Origin: a virus
Taxonomy: Duplodnaviria > Caudoviricetes
IMG/VR virus record: IMGVR_UViG_3300037067_003527
Coordinates: 1-64,000 of that record
Reading direction: 5' to 3' (one strand)
Length of the DNA: 64,000 bases
Each line of letters starts with the position of its first letter. Positions within the stretch are counted from its first letter, which is position 1. Of this stretch, positions 48,342-58,310 are shown piece after piece. The notes under the pieces are model-generated. The model saw nothing but the letters and a program-made list of their open reading frames with translations, had not been told where the DNA came from and did not search any database. The translations under genes were made by a program, and so were the position numbers.

Positions 48342-49162
48342 TTAATATTGTAATTTTTTCTAAAGATAGAGCGTGTCAATTAGAATTATGTATTAGAACA
48401 GTAATAGAAAAATTACATATACCATTTAAAATATATGTTCAATATATTACATCTTCATCTTTATTTGAAGATGGATATATAAAATTAATACAGTCACATA
48501 CAGATATTATTTTTATAAAAGAAAAGTATGTTAAACAAACATTAATTTGTTTATTACAATCACTACAAAATAAACACGTTTTGTTTTTAACAGATGATGA
48601 TGTTTTTATTAATGATGTAACACAAACAGAATTTGATACCGTATTTACAAAATATGAAATGGATATTAACATACACTCATTATCATTTAGAATGAATCCG
48701 ACTATTGATTATTGTTATCCTGCTAAAAAACATATGAAAAAACCAGACTGTTTTTTAGAACAAGAAAAATATTTAGTATGGGATTGGACAAAATGTGAAT
48801 TACATATGTGTTGGGGATACCCAATGGCTATTAATTCTCATTTATATAGAATACATGAAATATTACCGATAATAGAACGAAACGAATTCAAAAACATAAA
48901 TGAATTAGAAGCCAGAATTAATAGTAATAGATTTAGAAATAAACCATTATTATTATCATTTACAGAATCAAAACTATTTAATATACAAAACAATTTTGTA
49001 AAAGAATTTAATAATCATAATGATGTATCATTATCACAATATAATGTTAATACGTTAAATAATAAATTTTTAAATGATTATATAATATCAACAGAAAATA
49101 TTTACGGTATAAAAAGAAATATGGCTCACGGACAACTTGATTATATTTTTGTAAGGAAATAA
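48338..49162 (+). CDS. GT-A (GT2-like) glycosyltransferase
   Basis: IVIFSKDRACQL, FLTDDDVF, WGYPM. Start moved to ATG 48338. Confidence 0.75.
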   Translation: MINIVIFSKDRACQLELCIRTVIEKLHIPFKIYVQYITSSSLFEDGYIKLIQSHTDIIFIKEKYVKQTLICLLQSLQNKHVLFLTDDDVFINDVTQTEFDTVFTKYEMDINIHSLSFRMNPTIDYCYPAKKHMKKPDCFLEQEKYLVWDWTKCELHMCWGYPMAINSHLYRIHEILPIIERNEFKNINELEARINSNRFRNKPLLLSFTESKLFNIQNNFVKEFNNHNDVSLSQYNVNTLNNKFLNDYIISTENIYGIKRNMAHGQLDYIFVRK

Positions 49163-49164
49163 TT

Positions 49165-50568
49165 ATGATTAAATGTGTAATTTTTGATTTAGATGGTGTA
49201 TTAGTAGATACAAAACCTTTTCATTTTGAAGCATTAAATGTAGCTCTTAGTAAAATTGATGATAAATATGTTATTACATATAATGAACATATTAATAAAT
49301 ATGATGGATTATCTACAAACAAAAAACTAGAAATGCTTACCTTAGATAAAGGATTACCTAAAGAATATTATAAACAAATATGGGAAGATAAACAAGAATT
49401 AACTTTTAAATTTCTTGAACAAAATATTACATTTAATCCTTCATTATATGAACTATTTAAAAAATTGAAAGAAGATGGATACTATGTATGTGTTGCTTCT
49501 AATTCTATTTCTAAAACTATAAAAATATGTTTACAAAATTTAAATTTATTTATGTTGGTTGATTACTACTTATCAAATGAAGATGTATTACAACCTAAAC
49601 CGAATCCAGAAATATATTTAAAATGTATGATTTCAAAATCATATTCACCAAAAGAAACAATGATTGTTGAAGATTCACATGTTGGTAGAATAGGTGCATA
49701 TAATTCAGGTGCAAATGTTTGTCCAGTTAAAGATTGTTCAGAGGTAACTATGAAAAAAATATATAATAGCATACAAGAATTTAATACAAAACAAGAAACA
49801 TCTAAACCAGAACAAAAATGGAAAGATGATAATCTTACTGTACTTATACCTATGGCAGGTGAAGGAAGTAGATTCGTTAAAGCTGGATATACGTTTCCTA
49901 AACCATTAATTGAAATATATGGTAAACCAATGATTCAAATTGTAGTAGAAAATTTAAATATAGACGCTCAATACGTATATATAATTCAAAAAAAACATGA
50001 TGAAAAATATAACTTACATAGCGTATTAAATGTAATTACTCCAGGTTGTAAAATAGTAACAGTAGATTCTTTAACTGATGGTGCTGCATGTACTACATTA
50101 CTTGCAAAAGAATATATAGATAATGATAAGCAATTACTAATAGCAAATTCTGATCAATATATAAAATGGAATTCATGTGAATACATGTATTATATGACTA
50201 CTCATAAACAACAAGATGGTAATATATTAACATTTACTAATACACATCCTAAATGGTCATATATTAGATATGATGAAAATAATTATGTAACAGATGTTAA
50301 AGAAAAAGAAGTTATATCAGATAAAGCAACTATTGGTATATACTATTGGAGAAAAGGATCTGATTATGTAAAATATGCACAACAAATGATTAATAAAAAT
50401 ATACGATATGGAACCAACTTTAACGGTAAAGGAGAATTTTACGTAGCTCCTACTTATAATGAAGCAATAAAAGATAATAAAAAAATAGGATTTTATGATA
50501 TACAAGATATGTGGGGTTTAGGTACTCCAGAAGATTTAAATTATTTTTTATCTAAAAAGGAATTATAA
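49165..50568 (+). CDS. HAD phosphatase - sugar-phosphate nucleotidyltransferase fusion
   Basis: FDLDGVLVD, KPNPEIY, VEDS; IPMAGEGSRF...PKPLI, GAACT, ANSDQ, KEK, GLGTPEDL. Confidence 0.92.
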   Translation: MIKCVIFDLDGVLVDTKPFHFEALNVALSKIDDKYVITYNEHINKYDGLSTNKKLEMLTLDKGLPKEYYKQIWEDKQELTFKFLEQNITFNPSLYELFKKLKEDGYYVCVASNSISKTIKICLQNLNLFMLVDYYLSNEDVLQPKPNPEIYLKCMISKSYSPKETMIVEDSHVGRIGAYNSGANVCPVKDCSEVTMKKIYNSIQEFNTKQETSKPEQKWKDDNLTVLIPMAGEGSRFVKAGYTFPKPLIEIYGKPMIQIVVENLNIDAQYVYIIQKKHDEKYNLHSVLNVITPGCKIVTVDSLTDGAACTTLLAKEYIDNDKQLLIANSDQYIKWNSCEYMYYMTTHKQQDGNILTFTNTHPKWSYIRYDENNYVTDVKEKEVISDKATIGIYYWRKGSDYVKYAQQMINKNIRYGTNFNGKGEFYVAPTYNEAIKDNKKIGFYDIQDMWGLGTPEDLNYFLSKKEL

Positions 50569-50570
50569 AA

Positions 50571-51215
50571 ATGAATATACACTGTATAGGTAATAGTCAT
50601 TTAAATACTTTTTCGTATACTAGCGGATTTACTAATTTTCAATTTTCAAATAATCCTATATTTCGTTTTCATTGGTTAGGACCAGTTATAGCATATAATT
50701 ATTATGAACATTATTTACAAAAAACAAAAGAATATTTAAAAACTATTAATAAAGAAAACGATTATGTTATTATTGTAGTTGGTGAGGTTGATTGTAGATT
50801 ACATTTACCAAAACAAGCAGATGAACAACATAAATCAGATGATACTATAGTTAAAGAATGTATTGATAGATTATCACGAGTATTTAATGAATTAAAACAA
50901 GAATATAAATTAATAATATTTGGAACTCATCCAACAACACCAGAACAACATAATATGTCAAATATAGATAGACCTATTTATGGAGATATGAAAAGAAGAA
51001 ATAATATTTGTGTGTTATGGAATAATTATTTACAACAATACTCAAAAGACAATAATATATCATATATATCTATATATGAATATTTAGTAGATGAACATAA
51101 TAATACTAAAACAGAATACTTTTTTGATTACTGTCATTTAAATGGAATTAAAGTAATACCATTTATACAACAAGAATTTTTAAAAATAGGAATAACATTA
51201 CATGAACCCAAATAA
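50571..51215 (+). CDS. SGNH/GDSL hydrolase-family protein (esterase or acyltransferase)
   Basis: IGNSH, GEVDCR, DYCH. Confidence 0.8.
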   Translation: MNIHCIGNSHLNTFSYTSGFTNFQFSNNPIFRFHWLGPVIAYNYYEHYLQKTKEYLKTINKENDYVIIVVGEVDCRLHLPKQADEQHKSDDTIVKECIDRLSRVFNELKQEYKLIIFGTHPTTPEQHNMSNIDRPIYGDMKRRNNICVLWNNYLQQYSKDNNISYISIYEYLVDEHNNTKTEYFFDYCHLNGIKVIPFIQQEFLKIGITLHEPK

Positions 51216-51939
51216 TTATATAACATGGAAAAAATTTATATCAATAGCAAAATCAAAATGTGATTTAACTTTTTATGATGATAAATGTCATCCATTACAT
51301 TACGGGTTATCATTAAATGGTAAATTACCTTTTTCTGTTAATGAATATGAATTCAACTATATGAAAGATTTTATAATAAAACATAATCTACAATTAGGAT
51401 ATGAATTAGCAACTGGAATTGGAGTATCAACTGTTGGTATAGGATTAGGTTTTAAACAAACAGATGGTATGCTATTAACATTAGATTCATATATTGAAGA
51501 AAAGAATCAAAATATTGTAGATAATAAATATGACTTTAATATGGTAGTAAATAGTAAAGGATACAACAATAATAAAAAACTATTACAAGCATTTGAAGTA
51601 GATAAAAATGTTGTATTAAAACAAGGTTGGAGCCCAGTAGATTCTATAAAATATCTTAATTCATATTTCAATGATAAAAAATTAGATTTTGTATTTTTAG
51701 ACTGTCCTAAATTTATTGATGAATATGATAGAGACGTAAAGTATTTAAAAGATTATATTAACAAAGAAAAATTTGCAATTTTTGTTCATGATACTCATTG
51801 TATGAGAAATGATTATATTGTGTTATCAGAAAAATATTTTGATATAACACCTATATTCATAAATACATACATGATTAATAATACTGAAATAAAAGTTGAA
51901 TTTCCTATTAGCTTAATAACAAATATACAAGGATACTAA
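51202..51939 (+). CDS. Class I SAM-dependent methyltransferase (probable sugar O-methyltransferase)
   Basis: YELATGIGVST, LDS, GWS, LDFVFLD, VHD. Confidence 0.78.
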   Translation: MNPNNYITWKKFISIAKSKCDLTFYDDKCHPLHYGLSLNGKLPFSVNEYEFNYMKDFIIKHNLQLGYELATGIGVSTVGIGLGFKQTDGMLLTLDSYIEEKNQNIVDNKYDFNMVVNSKGYNNNKKLLQAFEVDKNVVLKQGWSPVDSIKYLNSYFNDKKLDFVFLDCPKFIDEYDRDVKYLKDYINKEKFAIFVHDTHCMRNDYIVLSEKYFDITPIFINTYMINNTEIKVEFPISLITNIQGY

Positions 51940-51941
51940 AA

Positions 51942-52670
51942 ATGGAATTTACTTTTGGTATAATAACAGCTCCAACAGGTGAACATTTTGTTGATAGTGC
52001 TATAAATTCTATTTTAATGTTAAACATACCTTCTGATAAATTTGAAATTATTATAGTTGGTGCTCAAAATAGATTTAATCATCCAAATATAAGACATATT
52101 AAATTTAAAGAACATGAAAAAGGTGCATGGATAACAAAAAAGAAAAATATAATAGTACAAAATGCAAAATTTAATAACATAGTATTACAACATGATTATA
52201 TAATATATGATAAACATTGGTATCAAAATTTTATAATTTTTGGTAATGATTTTGATGTATGTATTAACAAAATTATTAATACAGATGGAAAACGTTTTAG
52301 AGATTGGACATTCTACGCTGGATTTATACCTAATTTAAAAATTAATGACGATATTAAAAAAGAAATGTTTGCTAGTGGAAATTGGTTAATACCATATCAT
52401 ATTAAAAATAAAAATTTAAAAGATTACATGTATATATCAGGAGCGTATTGGATTGCTAAAAAACATGTTATGGAAGAATTTCCTTTAAATGAACAATTAT
52501 TTTGGGGAGAATCTGAAGATATAGAATGGACTTCTCGTGTTGTTAAAAAATATGATTTATCTTTGAATGATACATCTATTGTTAGATTGTTGAAAAATAA
52601 AGGACCAGAATTTTGTGAAGTAGAAGAACGTTTTTATAAATATTTAGAAGAATATGGTAATGACATATGA
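51942..52670 (+). CDS. GT2-like glycosyltransferase
   Basis: FTFGIIT, EIIIVG, WITKKKN, HDY, WGESEDIEW. Confidence 0.8.
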   Translation: MEFTFGIITAPTGEHFVDSAINSILMLNIPSDKFEIIIVGAQNRFNHPNIRHIKFKEHEKGAWITKKKNIIVQNAKFNNIVLQHDYIIYDKHWYQNFIIFGNDFDVCINKIINTDGKRFRDWTFYAGFIPNLKINDDIKKEMFASGNWLIPYHIKNKNLKDYMYISGAYWIAKKHVMEEFPLNEQLFWGESEDIEWTSRVVKKYDLSLNDTSIVRLLKNKGPEFCEVEERFYKYLEEYGNDI

Positions 52671-52987
52671 AAAAATATAATATACAAGATATGATTAAAG
52701 GTTGGTTTGTAGGTGGATTTGAACCAACAGTATTTAAAACAACAAATTGTGAAGTTGGATATAAAGAATATAATAGTGGAGATAATGAACCAAAACATTA
52801 TCATAAAATAGCAACAGAAATAACAGTTATAATAGAAGGTTCAGTTAAAATGAATAATGTAATATATAAAAAAGGTGATATTATAGTGATAGAACCAAAT
52901 GAATCTACAGATTTTATATCATTAGAAAATTCTAAAACTATAGTAGTTAAAATTCCAGGAGCTTTAAATGATAAATATATCTCATAG
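52667..52987 (+). CDS. Cupin domain protein
   Basis: GWFVGGFEP, HYHKIATE, GDIIVIEPNE. Confidence 0.85.
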   Translation: MKKYNIQDMIKGWFVGGFEPTVFKTTNCEVGYKEYNSGDNEPKHYHKIATEITVIIEGSVKMNNVIYKKGDIIVIEPNESTDFISLENSKTIVVKIPGALNDKYIS

Positions 52988-53429
52988 AGGAAATATAAAC
53001 GGTAGAAATCCCGAAAAAGAAAACACAAAAAAATATATTGAAAAAGCATTAAAATATGGTTTTGATTGTGAAATAGATTTATGGCTTATAAATAATAATT
53101 TTTTCTTAGGACATGATGAACCTAAAGAAAAATGTAAGTTTGAATGGTTATATAAACATAGAAAAAAATTATGGATACATTGTAAAAATATATCATGTTT
53201 AGAAATATTAAATAAAGAAGAATTTAATTGTTTTTTTCATAATACAGATGATGTTGTTTTAACATCTAAAAATTATTTATGGACATATCCAGGTAAACAA
53301 TTAACATATAATTCTATTGGATTATTTTTTGATAAAAAACCAGAAAACTTTAATTATCCTTGTGCTGGAATATGTAGTGATTATATAGAATCTTATTATA
53401 TTAAACCATATTACTACTTAGAGGTATAA
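52968..53429 (+). CDS. Glycerophosphodiester phosphodiesterase-like protein
   Basis: ISHRGN, EN, EIDLW, LGHD, WIHCKN, GICSD. Confidence 0.8.
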   Translation: MINISHRGNINGRNPEKENTKKYIEKALKYGFDCEIDLWLINNNFFLGHDEPKEKCKFEWLYKHRKKLWIHCKNISCLEILNKEEFNCFFHNTDDVVLTSKNYLWTYPGKQLTYNSIGLFFDKKPENFNYPCAGICSDYIESYYIKPYYYLEV

Positions 53430-54463
53430 TGAAAAAAGCATTAATAACTGGTATAACAGGACAAGACGGTTCATATCTTGCGGAATTACTATTAGAAAAA
53501 GGATATGAAGTTCATGGTATTATACGCCGTTCATCATCTTTTAATACTGGGAGAATAGAACATTTATTTAAAGATATACATAATGATGATATTAAAATGT
53601 TTTTACATTATGGTGATTTAAGTGATAGTGCTAATATTCATTCATTGATAGAAAAAATACAACCTGATGAAATTTATAATTTAGGTGCTCAATCCCATGT
53701 TAAAGTATCTTTTGATATTCCAGAATATACTAGTGATATTACAGGATTAGGAACATTAAGAATACTTGAAGCAATTAGAAATATAAATCCATTTATAAAA
53801 TTTTATCAAGCATCATCATCTGAATTATATGGAAAAGTACAAGAAATACCACAAACAGAAAATACACCTTTTTACCCGCGTTCACCATATGGTGTATCTA
53901 AATTATATTCATATTGGATAACTAGAAATTATAGAGAATCATACAACATATTTGCTTGTAATGGAATTTTATTTAATCACGAATCTCCTAGAAGAGGTAA
54001 AACGTTTGTTACAAAAAAAATAACAGAAGGTGTTGCTAAAATTTATCATAATACACAACAGTGTATATATTTAGGTAATTTAGATGCAAAGAGAGATTGG
54101 GGATATGCTAAAGATTATGTAAATGGTATGTGGTTAATGTTACAGCAAGAATATCCAGATGATTATATATTAGCAACAAACGAAACTCATACTATTAGAG
54201 AATTTTGCGAATTGGCATTTTCTTATATTCAAATGAATATAACATGGAAAGGATATGGTATTGATGAAATAGGATATGATAATAATGGAATTGCTAGAAT
54301 AAAAATAGATAAACAATATTTTAGACCATCTGAAGTTGATATATTATTAGGGGATTACTCTAAAGCTAAATCTAAATTAGGATGGAAACCAAATACAACT
54401 TTTAATGAACTTGTAAAATACATGGTTGAATATGATATACAACACACTGGAGAAATAACGTGA
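53429..54463 (+). CDS. gmd: GDP-mannose 4,6-dehydratase
   Basis: [51 protein letters not shown]. Confidence 0.98.
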   Translation: MKKALITGITGQDGSYLAELLLEKGYEVHGIIRRSSSFNTGRIEHLFKDIHNDDIKMFLHYGDLSDSANIHSLIEKIQPDEIYNLGAQSHVKVSFDIPEYTSDITGLGTLRILEAIRNINPFIKFYQASSSELYGKVQEIPQTENTPFYPRSPYGVSKLYSYWITRNYRESYNIFACNGILFNHESPRRGKTFVTKKITEGVAKIYHNTQQCIYLGNLDAKRDWGYAKDYVNGMWLMLQQEYPDDYILATNETHTIREFCELAFSYIQMNITWKGYGIDEIGYDNNGIARIKIDKQYFRPSEVDILLGDYSKAKSKLGWKPNTTFNELVKYMVEYDIQHTGEIT

Positions 54464-54555
54464 AAATAGAAAAACTGACAACAGCAACAATATTATCTAT
54501 TATAAAAAAAGCTAGAGAAACATATATTAAACCTAAAAACAATGATAAAAAGTAG

Positions 54556-54584
54556 TTGATTTTTTTAAGGATATAGTGTATAAT
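54556..54584 (+). promoter_or_regulatory. Sigma70-type promoter, probably giving a leaderless helicase mRNA
   Basis: TTGATT-N17-TATAAT, then 6 nt to ATG 54591. Confidence 0.7.
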
Positions 54585-54590
54585 AATTGT

Positions 54591-56222
54591 ATGAGTGTAA
54601 CGTATAATGATTTAATCAAATTTTTTCCTCATCAAAATATAAGGGAAATACAACAACAAGCATTGTATAAATGTGCTGAATTTTTAAATAATGATAAAAA
54701 ATATCTTATTTTAGAATTACCTCCTGGAGTTGGGAAAAGTGCTATAGGTATGACTATAGCACGTTATTTTAAAAATAAAAATAAATCTACATATTATATT
54801 ACACCACAAAAAATATTACAAGATCAATATGCAAATGAATTTAAAGATATAGCAATAATAAAAGGTAAAAAAAATTATAGATGTCTACATGATCCATTTT
54901 TAACTTGTGATTATGGAGCATGTGAAAAATCATCTAAACAATTAATAAAACCAGAACTTACATATGATACAGATAATAAAGAAAATAATATAAAAAATAA
55001 AAAATCTAAACAAAAATGTATTAATTGTCCATATAAAATAGCAGTAGAAGATGCTTTTAATTCATCAATATCATTATTTAATTTTGATGGTTATTATTTA
55101 CATACAAATTTTTCAAAATTTTCTTCTCAAGAAAGAAATTTATTAATAATAGATGAATGTCATAAAATAGAAAATAAAATGATTAATTTATATTCATTAT
55201 CTTTATCTAAAAAAGAACATTCTGATTTACCTGAATATAAAAATATACATCAATATCAACCATATTTAATTAAACTAAGAATGATGTTGGAACAAAATAT
55301 TAATGATAATAATCAACAATTAAATCTTGTTACTATAGATAATACATTATTAGATAGACTATTAAAAGAAAGAGATAAAAATATAGACAAGATTTCAAAA
55401 ATAGAAAAAATACTAAATAATATAGAACATGACTGGGTAATAAATACTGAGTATAATTTTGATAAAACATTTAAAGGAATAGAAATAAAAAAATTATACG
55501 TTAATGATGTTATACCGTCTTATATATTTAAAAAGACACCTAAAATTATTTTAATGTCAGCAACTATTATTAATCCAAAAGAATTTTGTACATATAATGG
55601 AATACCGTATAACTCTGCAATGTATTTTAATGCGGGTTCTCCATTTAATATTAATAATAGAAAGATATATATAATAGGTAGCGGATCAATGTCTATGAAA
55701 AATTTTGATTTTTCTAAAAAAATGTTGGTAGAAGATATTAAAAGAATTATTAATCATCATAAAAATGATAGAGGTATTATACACACATACTCTAATAAAA
55801 TAGCAAACTTTATTAGAGATACTATTATTGATGATAGAATTATAGTAAAAGATGATAAACATTCTATAGAATATTGTTTGAATAAATTAAAAGAATCTAA
55901 AAATGGTATTATAGTTGGGTCTGCTATGGAAGAAGGGTTAGATTTAAAAGATGATTTATCTAGATTTCAAATAATTTCAAAAATACCATACCCTAATTTA
56001 GGTGATAATCAAATACGTATTCGTAAAGATAATGATAAAGAATATTATCAATATTTAACAATATTAACATTATGTCAAGCATATGGACGTTCAATTCGTA
56101 CACATACTGATTATGCTAATACATATATATTAGATAGTGATTTTAGTAGACTAACAAGAAATTGTATGCCTAAATGGTTTAATGAAGCAATAACTTTAGA
56201 TAGTAGTTTTTTATACACATGA
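54591..56222 (+). CDS. DinG/Rad3/XPD-family helicase
   Basis: Q motif (REIQ), PPGVGKS, Cys cluster ending CPY, DECH, MSAT, EGLDLKDD, QAYGRSIR. Confidence 0.92.
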   Translation: MSVTYNDLIKFFPHQNIREIQQQALYKCAEFLNNDKKYLILELPPGVGKSAIGMTIARYFKNKNKSTYYITPQKILQDQYANEFKDIAIIKGKKNYRCLHDPFLTCDYGACEKSSKQLIKPELTYDTDNKENNIKNKKSKQKCINCPYKIAVEDAFNSSISLFNFDGYYLHTNFSKFSSQERNLLIIDECHKIENKMINLYSLSLSKKEHSDLPEYKNIHQYQPYLIKLRMMLEQNINDNNQQLNLVTIDNTLLDRLLKERDKNIDKISKIEKILNNIEHDWVINTEYNFDKTFKGIEIKKLYVNDVIPSYIFKKTPKIILMSATIINPKEFCTYNGIPYNSAMYFNAGSPFNINNRKIYIIGSGSMSMKNFDFSKKMLVEDIKRIINHHKNDRGIIHTYSNKIANFIRDTIIDDRIIVKDDKHSIEYCLNKLKESKNGIIVGSAMEEGLDLKDDLSRFQIISKIPYPNLGDNQIRIRKDNDKEYYQYLTILTLCQAYGRSIRTHTDYANTYILDSDFSRLTRNCMPKWFNEAITLDSSFLYT

Positions 56223-57496
56223 CAAAAAATTTATTAAATAATAACAAATATTCCGCTCTTGGTATAATGGAAGGTGTTAGTGGTTTTGGTAAATGTGTGT
56301 CTAGTGTATTTAATACTATAAACGGTATTAGATATACTAAAACTACATCTAAAGAAATTATTTTAAAACAAAAAGTAGAACAATATATTATAGATGAATA
56401 CATCAAAGAATGGGAAAATGAAGAAAAAGAAAAAATAAACAAAAAATTAATACAAAAAAATAAATCAAAATCATTATCACATAACGGTACACGAAGATTT
56501 TCATTATATAAAATTTTAGAATTATTAAAAATCATATCAGATACTGATATGATAATATTGTTATTCATTTATTTCAATAAACCATCATTACAATCAACTA
56601 AAAAATTATTACATACAATACCATATTCAACAATTCAAAAATCATTTAAAAAATTACAAAAATTAAATTTAATAGAAAAACAAAATACTAATTTTTCAAT
56701 AACACAAAAAATATTTAACTATCTAAAATCAAATTCATCTGAACCGAGTGTATTAATATCAAATAATGATGTAATTAATAAAAACAAACAATATATAGAT
56801 ATATTATACTATCAATACTTATGGTTATTACAAGAAGAACAAGAAACAACAATGATAAATTATTCATTATTATATGAAAAAGGTATAACTAAAACAAGAC
56901 TAAAAAAATTATCAAAATTAGGAATGATTGAAATAAACTATAAAACACCTATAAATAAATTAGATAAAATAAATTTTCAAGATAAAAATCTTTTCTATAG
57001 AAAACTTAGTTGTAAAACACCAAATATATTCTTTTTTCCAAACTTAACTAATACTACATGTAATATTAAATGTACACCTAAACAAAAAATACATCATATA
57101 CAACAATTTTTTCATGTAGACATTAATACAACTACAACTACTACAACTATTAAATGTTGGAATGAAAAAATATTTAATGAAATAATAAATGATAATTCTT
57201 TAAATATAGACGAAATTGAGTTTAAATATGATAAGAATCTCGTTGTAACAAAAGTAGAAAATAAAATAACTACTTTGCGGAAAAACTTAGCATCTCAAAA
57301 TCAAATTAATTATTTAAAAGGATTATCTTTATTTGATAAACATTGTTACTCTGTTTGTAAGGTAAAAGAGTCGTTAGCAAGAGCTATACGATCTAATGAA
57401 TTAAAAAGAAGATGGATTGTAAATAGAAATCATGAATACGAATTTAATCCAGATCGTATTAATGAATTATTACAATCTAATTTCTTTACAAAATAA
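56219..57496 (+). CDS. Hypothetical basic protein, possible winged-helix DNA-binding domains
   Basis: YSTIQKSFKKLQKLNLIEK and LKKLSKLGMIEI recognition-helix-like segments. Confidence 0.6.
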   Translation: MTKNLLNNNKYSALGIMEGVSGFGKCVSSVFNTINGIRYTKTTSKEIILKQKVEQYIIDEYIKEWENEEKEKINKKLIQKNKSKSLSHNGTRRFSLYKILELLKIISDTDMIILLFIYFNKPSLQSTKKLLHTIPYSTIQKSFKKLQKLNLIEKQNTNFSITQKIFNYLKSNSSEPSVLISNNDVINKNKQYIDILYYQYLWLLQEEQETTMINYSLLYEKGITKTRLKKLSKLGMIEINYKTPINKLDKINFQDKNLFYRKLSCKTPNIFFFPNLTNTTCNIKCTPKQKIHHIQQFFHVDINTTTTTTTIKCWNEKIFNEIINDNSLNIDEIEFKYDKNLVVTKVENKITTLRKNLASQNQINYLKGLSLFDKHCYSVCKVKESLARAIRSNELKRRWIVNRNHEYEFNPDRINELLQSNFFTK

Positions 57497-57727
57497 TTTT
57501 TTACTATATTTTTTTGTTATAAAAAATATTTTTTATTAGATATAAGTAGTACTATATCGTAACGAAATAATATTTGTTTTAATATAATAAAAATTACATT
57601 TATATACATTATATAGCAGTTGACTTATTATTATAAATATATATATTATAATACATATATAAAAAAACTAGTTTAAAAAATAACTTTACTTTTTTATTAA
57701 AGCCGTGTATTATAAGGAGATACAAAT

Positions 57728-58246
57728 ATGTCATTAATTAATATGAAACGAACTGTTGTTAACAATGAGGAATTCTATAATGAATTAAAACAATATTTAA
57801 AAGAAAAAAATAAAAATCCAGAACTACATATACCAGAACATTTAAGTGAACTTATATATATATTAATATATAATTTAACATTTAATAGAAAATTTATTAA
57901 TTATACATTTAAAGATTTGTTTATATCAGAAGCTATGTATACATGTTTACGATATATAGATAAATTTGATGTTACAAAATATACTAATCCTTTTGCTTAT
58001 TTTACACAAATAGCATATAATTGTTTTCTAACTATAATAATAAATGAAAAAAAACAATCAAAAATAAAAGATAAATTATGGAGTAATAATACTTTTTATC
58101 AACCTTGTAAAAAAATATTTGTAGAAGGTTGTGAAAAAAAAGCAAATTTTGCTCCTATAACTCTTACTGAAAATAATATAACAATTGAATTTAAAACTCA
58201 ACAAGAATGGGATGAATATGTACAATCATTAAAACAAAACAAATAA
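57728..58246 (+). CDS. Late-transcription sigma factor (T4 gp55-like)
   Basis: VNNEEF, FINYTFKD, NPFAYFTQIAYNCF...EKKQ. Confidence 0.93.
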   Translation: MSLINMKRTVVNNEEFYNELKQYLKEKNKNPELHIPEHLSELIYILIYNLTFNRKFINYTFKDLFISEAMYTCLRYIDKFDVTKYTNPFAYFTQIAYNCFLTIIINEKKQSKIKDKLWSNNTFYQPCKKIFVEGCEKKANFAPITLTENNITIEFKTQQEWDEYVQSLKQNK

Positions 58247-58253
58247 TACAGAC

Positions 58254-58282
58254 TTGATTTATTATAAAATATAGTTTATAAT
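58254..58282 (+). promoter_or_regulatory. Sigma70-type promoter upstream of gp47/gp46
   Basis: TTGATT-N17-TATAAT in the intergenic gap. Confidence 0.7.
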
Positions 58283-58310
58283 ATTATAAAAACAAAGTGT
58301 GAGAATAACA

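Noticed and set aside
4149-54463. TATAAATA matches inside coding regions
   Set aside because: Many are expected by chance at this AT content; only matches at gene boundaries were reported.
54460-54555. 31-codon GTG-start ORF after gmd
   Set aside because: It has a GGAG upstream but is too short and featureless to support as a gene.
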